In this document: positions 10,001 to 18,079 of the stretch, in pieces
Position numbering within the stretch: position 1 is the first letter of the stretch
How the letters are laid out: each line of letters starts with the position of its first letter
IMG/VR virus record: IMGVR_UViG_3300034061_003829
Span: 1 to 53,210 of that record
Origin: a virus
Lineage: Duplodnaviria > Caudoviricetes
Length of the DNA: 53,210 nucleotides
Direction: 5' to 3' (one strand)
Made by a program: the position numbers and the translations under genes
The notes under the pieces: model-generated
Told to the model about the DNA's origin: nothing
Databases searched by the model: none
What the model saw: only the letters and a program-made list of their open reading frames with translations

Positions 10001-11236
10001 TCAGGTGTTACAGGTATAAACTATGTTGGTTATTCATTCGTAGGTGGTGGATTAAGTAACTCTAATTTTGGAACTTTCTCAACACTATCAGGTGGTTATT
10101 TAAATAGAACTTGTTCGGTATCAACGACTGTTGGTGGTGGTTGTGGTAATACTTCATCAGCGAGGTATTCAACTGTGGTAGGTGGTCATGGTAATACAGC
10201 ATCAGGTAACTGTTCGGTGTCTGGTGGTAGGTTGGGAGTCGCATCTCAACCAGGGACAGTTTCTTTTGGGGTTTTTAATACCGCATCAGGAACTTATTCA
10301 CTTGTTGCCGGTGGAAGAAGTAGCACGGCTTCAGGATACGCATCAGCAATCGCAGGTGGTAGACAAAATACAACTACAGCTTGTTGTTCATTTGTAGGTG
10401 GTGGTTGGAGAAATGTATCGTCAGGTATTTTTTCAGTTGTAGGTGGTGGTTGTAATAATTTATCACAAGGTGCTTATAGTGGTATATTAGGTGGTTTATC
10501 AGGATTTACAGGTGCTTATTCAGTAGTTGTTGGAGGTAAATCAAATACAGCTTCAGGGACATATTCAGGTATTCTTGGTGGTTCAGGTAATACTATAACA
10601 ACAACTAACTCATTTATTATTGGTTCAAATATTTCAGCCACAACTAATAACACAACCTTTGTTCGTTCACTAAACGTATCAGCAACACAATCTGTGGCTG
10701 GTAATCAGGAAACAGGTATATTAGTAAGAGGTTCCGGAACTGTTGGTGGAAACGAATTTTTAGATTTTATAAGAGGTGAAAATACATTTTCTAGTGCTAC
10801 TAACACTAAAAAAACAATTAGAATAAACAATATCGGCACCTTTGAAATTGTTAATAACGCATATAGTACCGTAATATTATCCCTTACAGATGCCGGTGTT
10901 TTAAGTACACCTGGTGGTGGAACTTCCGATATTAGAACCAAAACAAATATAGAATATATTAATGATGATTATATACCATTTATAAATAAATTAAAACCGG
11001 TAAGGTTTGAGTTTAATGGTAATATTGGAGTTAAAAGACATGGTTTTATCGCTCAAGATGTTTTAGAAATTAAACCTGACTTAGTTTTAGGTAATGGTGG
11101 TGATGAAAATGGAACATATGGTTTAGATTATGATGGTATATTATCTTTAACAGTTAAAGCATTACAAGAAGCTAATTCTAAAATAGAAAGTTTAGAGAAA
11201 GAAATTACAGACATAAAAGCTTTATTAAATAAGTAA
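7070..11236 (+). CDS. Tail fibre/spike with beta-roll repeats and C-terminal intramolecular chaperone (peptidase S74-type)
   Basis: 1388 aa; long GG..N repeat array; C-terminal TSDIRTKTNI...LKPVRF...GFIAQDV...GLDY...VKALQE plus coiled coil. Confidence 0.85.
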   Translation: MANEFRVKNGLIVDGDSTLNGKIYDVSGSTGSSGQILSSSPNGVLWISGGTSLTLTPNFDYIDFTTGYTTTAKTARVYYDSNEQALSYFPNTPSMDVTVNIGQESLIRVYNNTGVQINNGSVVHISGSSLGLPTIVLSNAAFDDRAEVAGFATHDIPNNTIGFITNFGIVRDVNTSAFNVGDELYLSDTISGGFTNNVIGINFSSRVCSVGWVVTTGVTNGKILVSITNENKVQSLTNKQVNILLGNTISTGVFEYTGLTKTSNTTFQIAPVRGWFVDNTTNPVIPYVLQVNYSGSTTGQTTPYLSTSDATYILLTSAGTISYQTSFPSPQQRRQNIFLGKVVHPSRTSILNINNTVDFDVSPMQALRDLWTPIKLINDGIIVSPNGANLNINTSAGGLWGNGIGWTTNQLNPNQVSIAAKSPASFFYRTQTGGTSSSVTLIDPTKYDVGGAITSMGGAGSDNASNQRVYLYPTGVINILYGQTNYPNLTAAVAGIQTETFVTYPNAQTTGVLIGIISVRNDIVADGQPLTNTNYAKFTSVSKFGELIGGTGGLSTTTLQQAYDNSVQPEILTNSTLGAVTFKRGSASESDNVIEVQSNTGNNTFAVTGEGNVSGNSFNVKTYIYDSLNTSGVTNQVLFTSPSGVIWNNIDYIVTGLTNNKVIELGSGVGSTLRISNSNLSSGSYSGVLSGTGNTASGSYSLVGGGVSNIVTGEIGFIGAGCLNTITSTFSSVNGGCNNDIFGDYSFIGGGRSNLVSGLCSVVGGGSTNTASNTFTTIGGGSGNTVSSIFSTTAGGVLNTASGNYASIGGGCRNIVGGLFGTVAGGRFNSAGGESSIVLGGQQNAAVFTGGAIAGGCLNTSNCFYVTIAGGCCNSSNGDSATIIGGRCNRSSGACSTISGGYANTSSAAFSNVGGGFRNIVSGACSFIGGGSGHTVSNSFSSLVSGWRNTVSGTYCGIAATANSLVGGVGNAINTSFSGVTGINYVGYSFVGGGLSNSNFGTFSTLSGGYLNRTCSVSTTVGGGCGNTSSARYSTVVGGHGNTASGNCSVSGGRLGVASQPGTVSFGVFNTASGTYSLVAGGRSSTASGYASAIAGGRQNTTTACCSFVGGGWRNVSSGIFSVVGGGCNNLSQGAYSGILGGLSGFTGAYSVVVGGKSNTASGTYSGILGGSGNTITTTNSFIIGSNISATTNNTTFVRSLNVSATQSVAGNQETGILVRGSGTVGGNEFLDFIRGENTFSSATNTKKTIRINNIGTFEIVNNAYSTVILSLTDAGVLSTPGGGTSDIRTKTNIEYINDDYIPFINKLKPVRFEFNGNIGVKRHGFIAQDVLEIKPDLVLGNGGDENGTYGLDYDGILSLTVKALQEANSKIESLEKEITDIKALLNK

Positions 11237-11255
11237 TTATACCTATTATTACCAT

Positions 11256-11711
11256 ATGACTAAAATTATATGGTTAATAGGGCAAGCAGGACATGGTAAA
11301 ACAGTTCTTGCAAAATTATTACAAGAACACATTGATAGAGTTGGTGTAAATGACGTGTTTCACATTGATGGTGATGATTTAAGAAATCTTACAATTAATA
11401 AAGATTATTCAAGAGCTGGAAGAGAGCAAAACATTAGAAATGCTCAGGTTATTGCTAAATATCTACAAAATAAAGGATATCATGTGGTAGTTTCACTTAT
11501 GACACCATATAGGGATTTAAGAGAAGAGTTTAAGGAAAACACAGAAAATGTATATGAGATTTATGTTCATACCACAGATATAAGAGGTAGAGAGCAGTTT
11601 CACGTTGAAGATTTTCAAAAGCCCGTATTCAATTATTTAGATATGGATACAACAAATATAACACCAGAAGAATGTTTAAAGGAGATTATAGATTATGTCG
11701 GATTGGTATAA
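11256..11711 (+). CDS. cysC: Adenylyl-sulfate (APS) kinase
   Basis: P-loop GQAGHGKT, IDGDDLR, DYSRAGREQNI, VVSLMTPY..LRE, EIYV. Confidence 0.85.
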   Translation: MTKIIWLIGQAGHGKTVLAKLLQEHIDRVGVNDVFHIDGDDLRNLTINKDYSRAGREQNIRNAQVIAKYLQNKGYHVVVSLMTPYRDLREEFKENTENVYEIYVHTTDIRGREQFHVEDFQKPVFNYLDMDTTNITPEECLKEIIDYVGLV

Positions 11712-12099
11712 AAAAGTACACGTTCAGTCATCATTAGAACGTAAAGAAGGACAATATGCTATGTTTATTGGTAGATGGCAACCATTACATAAAGGACATC
11801 AAGAGATGTTTCAACAAGCAATGAATGAAGGTAAGAATATTTTAATTTGTATTAGAGATATTCAACCTGATGAAAAAAACCCATATTCAGCTGAGGAAGT
11901 AAAAGCTAATATTGTAAATCATTATTCTAATGAAGTATCGGAGGGTAAAGTAAAAGTAATGGTAATTCCTGATATTTGTTCAGTTGAGTTTGGTAGAGGT
12001 GTTGGGTATGATATTATTGAGCATTTACCACCATTGGATATTGCAAATATCTCAGCAACAAAAATAAGAGAACAATTAAAATCTGAGGGAAAATTATAA
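11695..12099 (+). CDS. HxGH nucleotidyltransferase (cytidylyltransferase-like; candidate minimal ATP sulfurylase)
   Basis: FIGRWQPLHKGH, NPYS and ISATKIR motifs; overlaps cysC. Confidence 0.75.
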   Translation: MSDWYKKVHVQSSLERKEGQYAMFIGRWQPLHKGHQEMFQQAMNEGKNILICIRDIQPDEKNPYSAEEVKANIVNHYSNEVSEGKVKVMVIPDICSVEFGRGVGYDIIEHLPPLDIANISATKIREQLKSEGKL

Positions 12100-12524
12100 T
12101 GAAAACTTATAAAATAAGATTTAATACTGCATCTACAAATGATAATGTGAGATGGAGATTAATACCTGATAATGGTGAAGAAATATTAGTATCTGATATT
12201 TTTATTGATGGTGAGGTATTCACAACAAAAGACCATATAGATGGTATAGGTTACAAATGGCATATTACTTGTAAAGGTAATTGTTTAATTAAAGATAATG
12301 TTGCTTATATTACTACACCACCAAAGGATTCCGCAGTTAAAAGACATTTATTAAAAACAATCTCTTATAGATTTTTGGGGACATTAACAACAGTAGTAAC
12401 CGCATATATTTTAGGAGCACCAATAGCGTTGGCTTCAATGTTAGGTATAGGTGAATTGGTATTAAAACCGATTATTTATTTTTTACACGAAAGAGCTTGG
12501 TATAAGTACATAAAAATAAAGTAA
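12099..12524 (+). CDS. Protein with C-terminal DUF2061-like membrane domain
   Basis: RHLLKTISYR..GT.TT ... E...K...YFLHER.W; TAATG coupling to upstream gene. Confidence 0.7.
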   Translation: MKTYKIRFNTASTNDNVRWRLIPDNGEEILVSDIFIDGEVFTTKDHIDGIGYKWHITCKGNCLIKDNVAYITTPPKDSAVKRHLLKTISYRFLGTLTTVVTAYILGAPIALASMLGIGELVLKPIIYFLHERAWYKYIKIK

Positions 12525-12537
12525 GTATTTATGTATA

Positions 12538-13407
12538 ATGGGAGTAATAATACAAAATCAATCAATAGTAAGAGGTAACGTAGTTATTAATCGGTTAAAT
12601 CCACCATCACCTTATAATTCATTAAATACAATAGCGAATTATTTAAGGGGTAATATGACAGCCTTTAGAAACCCAAGTTTTTATACTTATTGGTTAGATA
12701 ATGGTATTCCACCAACTTATTCTACAGCAGGAATACCTGATGGTGTTCAAATAAATGATGGTGGTGCCGATATGTTTGATGGTGGTAATATAACAACACC
12801 ATGGCTTAGAAATAATGTAACATATACTACTACCGCAGGTTGGTCAGCTGCGTCATATCCTAACTCTATTAATTACAGTAGTTCAACAATCAATAACATA
12901 GATAGTGATTTTTATTATACGAGTTTGGGTTATATTAGATATTCAGGTGGAACTCAAAATGGTTTATACCATCCTTTAACTGTTATTGGTACAAGGCTTA
13001 ATCAAGGAAGTCCTATTGGTTGGCAAATTGGTGGTAATTCAGGTGCGGATGGTGGTGGTATATTAGCATCAGGTTTATTATATAATGGAGATGTTTTAAG
13101 TGGATTTACGGTATATGCTTTTTTTAGGGAAACATATAACGCCACTGATCCTTCACATTGTAATTTATTTATTTTAATGGGACATCCAAATTGGCGTTCA
13201 GGTTATGGGGCTGTAAGAACATTTGCCGACCCTGTGTCGAATGGTGGTTGTGGTGGTTTTTTAGCTATGACAGGTTCTTCAATTAATAACTTATTGGCAA
13301 TACAAACCCTATTAAGTAAAGCTAGTGGTGTATTAGTTACATCGGCAGAGTGTCAGACAGTCGTCCAAAACTTCGTGTTAAAAGTTAAAGAAGCCGTTAA
13401 TTTTTAA
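12538..13407 (+). CDS. Hypothetical Gly/aromatic-rich protein, probably virion surface
   Basis: 289 aa; TATTTATG 4 nt upstream; contains DGGADMFDGGN. Confidence 0.7.
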   Translation: MGVIIQNQSIVRGNVVINRLNPPSPYNSLNTIANYLRGNMTAFRNPSFYTYWLDNGIPPTYSTAGIPDGVQINDGGADMFDGGNITTPWLRNNVTYTTTAGWSAASYPNSINYSSSTINNIDSDFYYTSLGYIRYSGGTQNGLYHPLTVIGTRLNQGSPIGWQIGGNSGADGGGILASGLLYNGDVLSGFTVYAFFRETYNATDPSHCNLFILMGHPNWRSGYGAVRTFADPVSNGGCGGFLAMTGSSINNLLAIQTLLSKASGVLVTSAECQTVVQNFVLKVKEAVNF

Positions 13408-13446
13408 TATTTTGCTTTTATTTATAAAGTAAAGTATTTATAATAG

Positions 13447-14130
13447 ATGAACGAGGCAATATCAAAAGAAAGATTATCTTCTAAAGATTTATATTTAAAT
13501 AGATTCCTTAAAAAGGATAAAAAACCAAAGAAAGAACCAAATCTAGATGATAGTTATTTGGTTAAACTTAGGAATGCTGTTAAAAGTATAAACTATAAAG
13601 ACATAGATTTTCAATCAACAGAACAGTATCAGAGTGAGCAGTTCTATAACGTGGAAATAGATAATAAGGAAATCAATCTATTACTAACTTATGTTAAGAA
13701 TTATGCGTTACAAGATAAAGTTGCCGGTGAAAAAGTAAAACCTGAAAAGTTTGAGTTTGTTGTTAGTGTAAATGAAACAGATTTCAATAGAGTTCATTTT
13801 CGTAAATCTTTACCTAAATTATTAAGAGGTATTGGTCTTGGTTATAAAATATATAAATCATTAGCCTTTAAATTAGGTTATATATCATCAGATAATACAG
13901 CCACATTCGCAGCTCAATCAGTATGGTATTATTTAATACAAGACCCAGATTTTAATTATATTTTACATAAAAACTTTGTATTCATAATAATACGTGATTT
14001 ACCAGTTCAAAAGAAAATAAATGCAGTTATTTCATATATGAAGCATTACAAATGGTTATTTGAAGATGAGAGTGAGTTTGATATTGATGATGAATTAGTT
14101 CAAGAATTAGAAGAATATGGCAATACCTAA
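13447..14130 (+). CDS. Putative GNAT-like acetyltransferase
   Basis: LRGIGLGYKIYK resembles the acetyl-CoA-binding motif A, followed by SSD...T..AQSVW; TATTTATA 4 nt upstream. Confidence 0.55.
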   Translation: MNEAISKERLSSKDLYLNRFLKKDKKPKKEPNLDDSYLVKLRNAVKSINYKDIDFQSTEQYQSEQFYNVEIDNKEINLLLTYVKNYALQDKVAGEKVKPEKFEFVVSVNETDFNRVHFRKSLPKLLRGIGLGYKIYKSLAFKLGYISSDNTATFAAQSVWYYLIQDPDFNYILHKNFVFIIIRDLPVQKKINAVISYMKHYKWLFEDESEFDIDDELVQELEEYGNT

Positions 14131-14920
14131 GAAAACTGTAAATATTGTCGCTCAGAAACAATTAAATAATGAAAGAGTTCATTTAGTTGAGCGTATTAGG
14201 CAGAACGAAAGTTTTCTACCTAAAGGGATATTGCATGAAGATTTGGATAGGGGTTTTGTTGATTTTGTAAATAACGATATAACTCTAAATATTGATGGTA
14301 AGGGTGTTCCTGTTTTGTTTATATCATTACAGAATTGGAATGAGTTTACAAAAACTTGGGAGTTTGCGGATAAATATAAGAATGTTCAGATGCCGTTTAT
14401 CACTATTGTTAGGAATACAAATATAAACTTAAATGAACAAATGAGATATAATATTCCTTACCTTTTTAAAAAAGACTTGTTGAAATTCCCTGTATGGAAT
14501 GGTAATAGAAATGGTTATGATATATATGAAATACCACAACCTGTTAGGGTTAATATATCATATGATGTAACAATATTTTCAACAAGAATGAAGGAATTGA
14601 ATAGGTATAATAAAATTATGTTGACTAAATTTTCATCTAATCAGGCCTATACAACAATAAATGGGCATTATATCCCAATAAGATTAGATGGGGTGTCAAG
14701 TGATAACCAAGTTGATATAATGAGTAAAAAGTTTTATAAACAAACTTATAAACTTATTGAAGAAGGATTATTATTGGATGAAAATAATTTTGTAATAAAA
14801 CCAGCAATAGATAGAACAATAATAAATTATATTCCAGGTGTAGCTAAAGGTACTGCGGTTGTTGATCCAAGTGAGAATCAGTTTGTGGTTAATGGTTATA
14901 TTGATGATTATTTTGAATAA
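14117..14920 (+). CDS. Putative tail completion/terminator-like protein, paralog 1
   Basis: High similarity to the first ~235 aa of 16179..17543; upstream of sheath gene; function inferred from context only. Confidence 0.55.
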   Translation: MAIPKKTVNIVAQKQLNNERVHLVERIRQNESFLPKGILHEDLDRGFVDFVNNDITLNIDGKGVPVLFISLQNWNEFTKTWEFADKYKNVQMPFITIVRNTNINLNEQMRYNIPYLFKKDLLKFPVWNGNRNGYDIYEIPQPVRVNISYDVTIFSTRMKELNRYNKIMLTKFSSNQAYTTINGHYIPIRLDGVSSDNQVDIMSKKFYKQTYKLIEEGLLLDENNFVIKPAIDRTIINYIPGVAKGTAVVDPSENQFVVNGYIDDYFE

Positions 14921-14925
14921 AAGAT

Positions 14926-16164
14926 ATGGGATTAGTATTAAGAGAAGTAAAAGGTAGTAAATTAACTATTCAAGAAATGGATGGTAATTTAACTTATTTG
15001 GATGGTGGTATTACAGCGAACACCCAAAATATTAACGCTAAATTAAATGTAAGTGATTTTAATTCATATAGTAGTAATACTAATACATTAATTGGTAATA
15101 AATTAAATGTAAGTGATTTTAATATATATAGTTCTACAACTAATACATTAATTAATTCTAAGTTAAATCTAACTGATTTTAGTTTATATAGCTCTACAAC
15201 TAATACATTAATTAATTCTAAGTTAGATCTAATTGATTTTAGTTCATACAGTTCAACCACAAATACAAGAATAAATAATAAATTAGATATTTCAATATTT
15301 GCAACATACACAGCAACCACGGCTTCAAATACGTCAGGTGTTACTTATAGTGATTTTGCGGCCTATACCGCAGCAACAAATACGAGAATAAATAATAAAT
15401 TAGATATTTCAATATTTGCAACATACACAGCAACTACAGCTTCAAACGTATCCGGTGTAACTTATAATGATTTTGCAGCTTATACCGCAGCAACAAATAC
15501 GAGGATAAATAACAATTTTAGTCAGTTTACAGGGTTTACTAATAGTTTTTATGTATATACATCAACAACAAACACGAGAATAAATAATAAAGTAGAAACA
15601 TCTACTTATAATACATTTACCGGAACTACATTACCAGTAACTTATTTTAGGTTAGGTGGTAATTCATTTGGGTCAAGCGCTTTATTAGGTACTAATGACA
15701 CTCAAAGTTTAGGGTTTGAAACTAATGCCTTAACTAGAATGACAATAGCAAGTGGTGGTAATGTGGCGATTAATACAACACCTACCGCTAATAGATTAGA
15801 ATTATATCAGTCAGGTGGAACCGTATTTAACGTTGGTGGTGGTGTTGGTAACTTATTTACTGTAAACGATTCAAATGTTGGTAATTTATTAACAGTTCAA
15901 GATGTTTCAGGTAATACTATATTTTTAACAACATCAAGTGGTCAATCAGGTTTTAATACATCAGCAATTACACAATCAGCTCAAGTTCAAATAGATAGCA
16001 CCACAAAAGGATTTTTACCCCCAAGAATGACAGGTGTTCAAGTGGAAGCCATACCATCACCAGCTGAAGGTTTATTGGTATATGCGACAGATGCTGGGGT
16101 TGGTTCAGTAACAAGTAAAGGTTGGTGGGGTTATGATGGATCAACTTGGGTTAAATTAAATTAA
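14926..16164 (+). CDS. Short fibre-like virion protein with 20-aa and 39-aa stalk repeats
   Basis: N-terminal LREVKGSKLT..EMDGN; repeats NTLI.[NS]KL...DF..YSS; C-terminal STTKGFLPPRMT...PAEGLLVY...GYDGSTW. Confidence 0.7.
   Translation: MGLVLREVKGSKLTIQEMDGNLTYLDGGITANTQNINAKLNVSDFNSYSSNTNTLIGNKLNVSDFNIYSSTTNTLINSKLNLTDFSLYSSTTNTLINSKLDLIDFSSYSSTTNTRINNKLDISIFATYTATTASNTSGVTYSDFAAYTAATNTRINNKLDISIFATYTATTASNVSGVTYNDFAAYTAATNTRINNNFSQFTGFTNSFYVYTSTTNTRINNKVETSTYNTFTGTTLPVTYFRLGGNSFGSSALLGTNDTQSLGFETNALTRMTIASGGNVAINTTPTANRLELYQSGGTVFNVGGGVGNLFTVNDSNVGNLLTVQDVSGNTIFLTTSSGQSGFNTSAITQSAQVQIDSTTKGFLPPRMTGVQVEAIPSPAEGLLVYATDAGVGSVTSKGWWGYDGSTWVKLN
15031..15520 (+). repeat. Coding tandem repeats: about 4-5 x 60 nt, then 2 x 117 nt
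   Basis: 60-nt periodicity visible as aligned columns in 15031-15300; 39-aa unit ATNTRINNKLDISIFATYTATTAS.. occurs twice. Confidence 0.85.
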
Positions 16165-16178
16165 ACTATTTATATATA

Positions 16179-17543
16179 ATGGGATTACCTAAAAAAAATA
16201 TACAAGTAAAAATACAAAAACAATTAAACGCTGAAAGAGTTTCATTAGTTGAACGAATAAGACAAAATGAAGCTTTCTTACCAAAGGGTGTATTGCATGA
16301 GGATTTGGATAGAGGGTTTGTTGAGTTTGCAAATAAAACTCTATTGTTAAATATAGATGGTAAAGAAGTACCAGTATTATTTTTATCAATACAGAATTGG
16401 AATGAGTTTACGAAAACTTGGCAATTCTCAGACAAATATAAGAATATCCAAATGCCATTTATTACAATAGTAAGAAATACGGATGTTGTATTGTCGGATA
16501 ATATGAAGTATAACATTCCTTATTTATACAAAAAATCAGTATTAAATGTCCCTGTATGGAATGGTAATAGAAATGGTTATGATATATATGAAATACCACA
16601 ACCAATATATGTTGATGTTAAATATGATGTAAGATTATTTTCAACAAGGTTAAGAGAATTAAATGAATTTAATAAAATTGTATTAACCGAATTTTCATCA
16701 GAACAAGCATATACAGATGTGAATGGACATTATGTTCCAATAACATTAGAAAGTGTAGATGATGAACACGAAATAAATGACATAAATAAAAAGAGATTTT
16801 ATGTTCAGAAATATAATTTTAATTTACACGGATTTTTATTAGACGAAGAAGAGTTCAATATTAAACCAGCAGTAACAAGAACATTATTAAGTTATAAGTT
16901 TTTAGGTGGTAAAAGAAATAAAAAAGGAGCTCCTAATATAGTTGTAAATAAAGGTAATGATGGGCATTTAGAAATTAATATTGAGTTTTTTGTTGGCTCC
17001 CCTTTAAACGTATCATTTGCAGCTGATGGGCAATACACAATTAATGGTATTGTAACAGACAATGTAAGTAGTTATGAAATATTAAAAAATGGTGTATCGG
17101 TGTCACCAACATTCAATATGACTTCAGGTGATGTGATAGAAATAACAGTTAGTCAAACTAACGATGGTGCAAATAGTAATTTTAATTTATTAGGAACATA
17201 TAATAGTGATATGGATATTAATAATTTCATTACTGACCCATCTACTAATGTTGCTGGTTATTATTTCGAAAAGAAAACAACTTATGATTTATTATATAAT
17301 CCAAATACTACTGAATTAAGTTTTACCAATTTATATCCTGGTGTATTGAAAGAAGTGACAAATGTTAAATCCGATATAACGTCATATAGTGTTTATAAAA
17401 ATAATAATTTAATCACATTACCTAATGATGTTGCCGTTAATGATACTATTAAAGTGATTATATCTAGGACGGATATAAATCAACCGAGTAATTTAAGTGT
17501 TATTCAAGTATTTAATAATAGTACAATAAGCATTAACGGATAA
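16179..17543 (+). CDS. Putative tail completion/terminator-like protein, paralog 2, with extra C-terminal beta domains
   Basis: Paralog of 14117..14920; TATTTATA at 16167-16174. Confidence 0.55.
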   Translation: MGLPKKNIQVKIQKQLNAERVSLVERIRQNEAFLPKGVLHEDLDRGFVEFANKTLLLNIDGKEVPVLFLSIQNWNEFTKTWQFSDKYKNIQMPFITIVRNTDVVLSDNMKYNIPYLYKKSVLNVPVWNGNRNGYDIYEIPQPIYVDVKYDVRLFSTRLRELNEFNKIVLTEFSSEQAYTDVNGHYVPITLESVDDEHEINDINKKRFYVQKYNFNLHGFLLDEEEFNIKPAVTRTLLSYKFLGGKRNKKGAPNIVVNKGNDGHLEINIEFFVGSPLNVSFAADGQYTINGIVTDNVSSYEILKNGVSVSPTFNMTSGDVIEITVSQTNDGANSNFNLLGTYNSDMDINNFITDPSTNVAGYYFEKKTTYDLLYNPNTTELSFTNLYPGVLKEVTNVKSDITSYSVYKNNNLITLPNDVAVNDTIKVIISRTDINQPSNLSVIQVFNNSTISING

Positions 17544-18013
17544 TGAATTCATTTAAACAAAATATAGTTGTTTTACCTACCAAAGTCGTAGAGCTTACAG
17601 GTAGTACAATACCAAAAGGTATTGAGATACCATTAGGAATACCATCATCAGGTAATTTTATTGGTGCTGTCCCTGGTTGGAATAGCTCAACTTATGTAAC
17701 TAACGCATTAGATGAGTTAAATAAAACATTATTATTATTTAGTGGTCAATCCGCAACTGCAAGTAAATCGGAATTATTATTTAATAGCACAACTGATTGG
17801 AGTGGTCCTACTGATGGTTATTATAGTGTTACATACCCAAAACTATCACATTTAAAAGGCACTAACCCTATTTATGTTATTCAAGAGTTAATTTCAGGTA
17901 GTTATTATGAAGTTAAACCAGATCATATCGTAGTAAGTGGTAGTGGTGATATGTCAATATATGTGATTGATGATCCCGATGGAAGATTTTCGGGAAGAAT
18001 TATAGTTGTTTAA
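17543..18013 (+). CDS. Hypothetical virion protein
   Basis: 156 aa, TAATG-coupled; LG.P..G...T....A.D....L segment resembles one in 27559..31947. Confidence 0.65.
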   Translation: MNSFKQNIVVLPTKVVELTGSTIPKGIEIPLGIPSSGNFIGAVPGWNSSTYVTNALDELNKTLLLFSGQSATASKSELLFNSTTDWSGPTDGYYSVTYPKLSHLKGTNPIYVIQELISGSYYEVKPDHIVVSGSGDMSIYVIDDPDGRFSGRIIVV

Positions 18014-18035
18014 TGTTATTTGTAAAAATAATAAC

Positions 18036-18043
18036 TATTTATA
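18036..18043 (+). promoter_or_regulatory. Putative late promoter TATTTATA (sheath gene)
   Basis: Same motif recurs before most structural genes. Confidence 0.6.
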
Positions 18044-18079
18044 GAGTAAATAAATTATAAAAAGATAAAAAAATAAATT

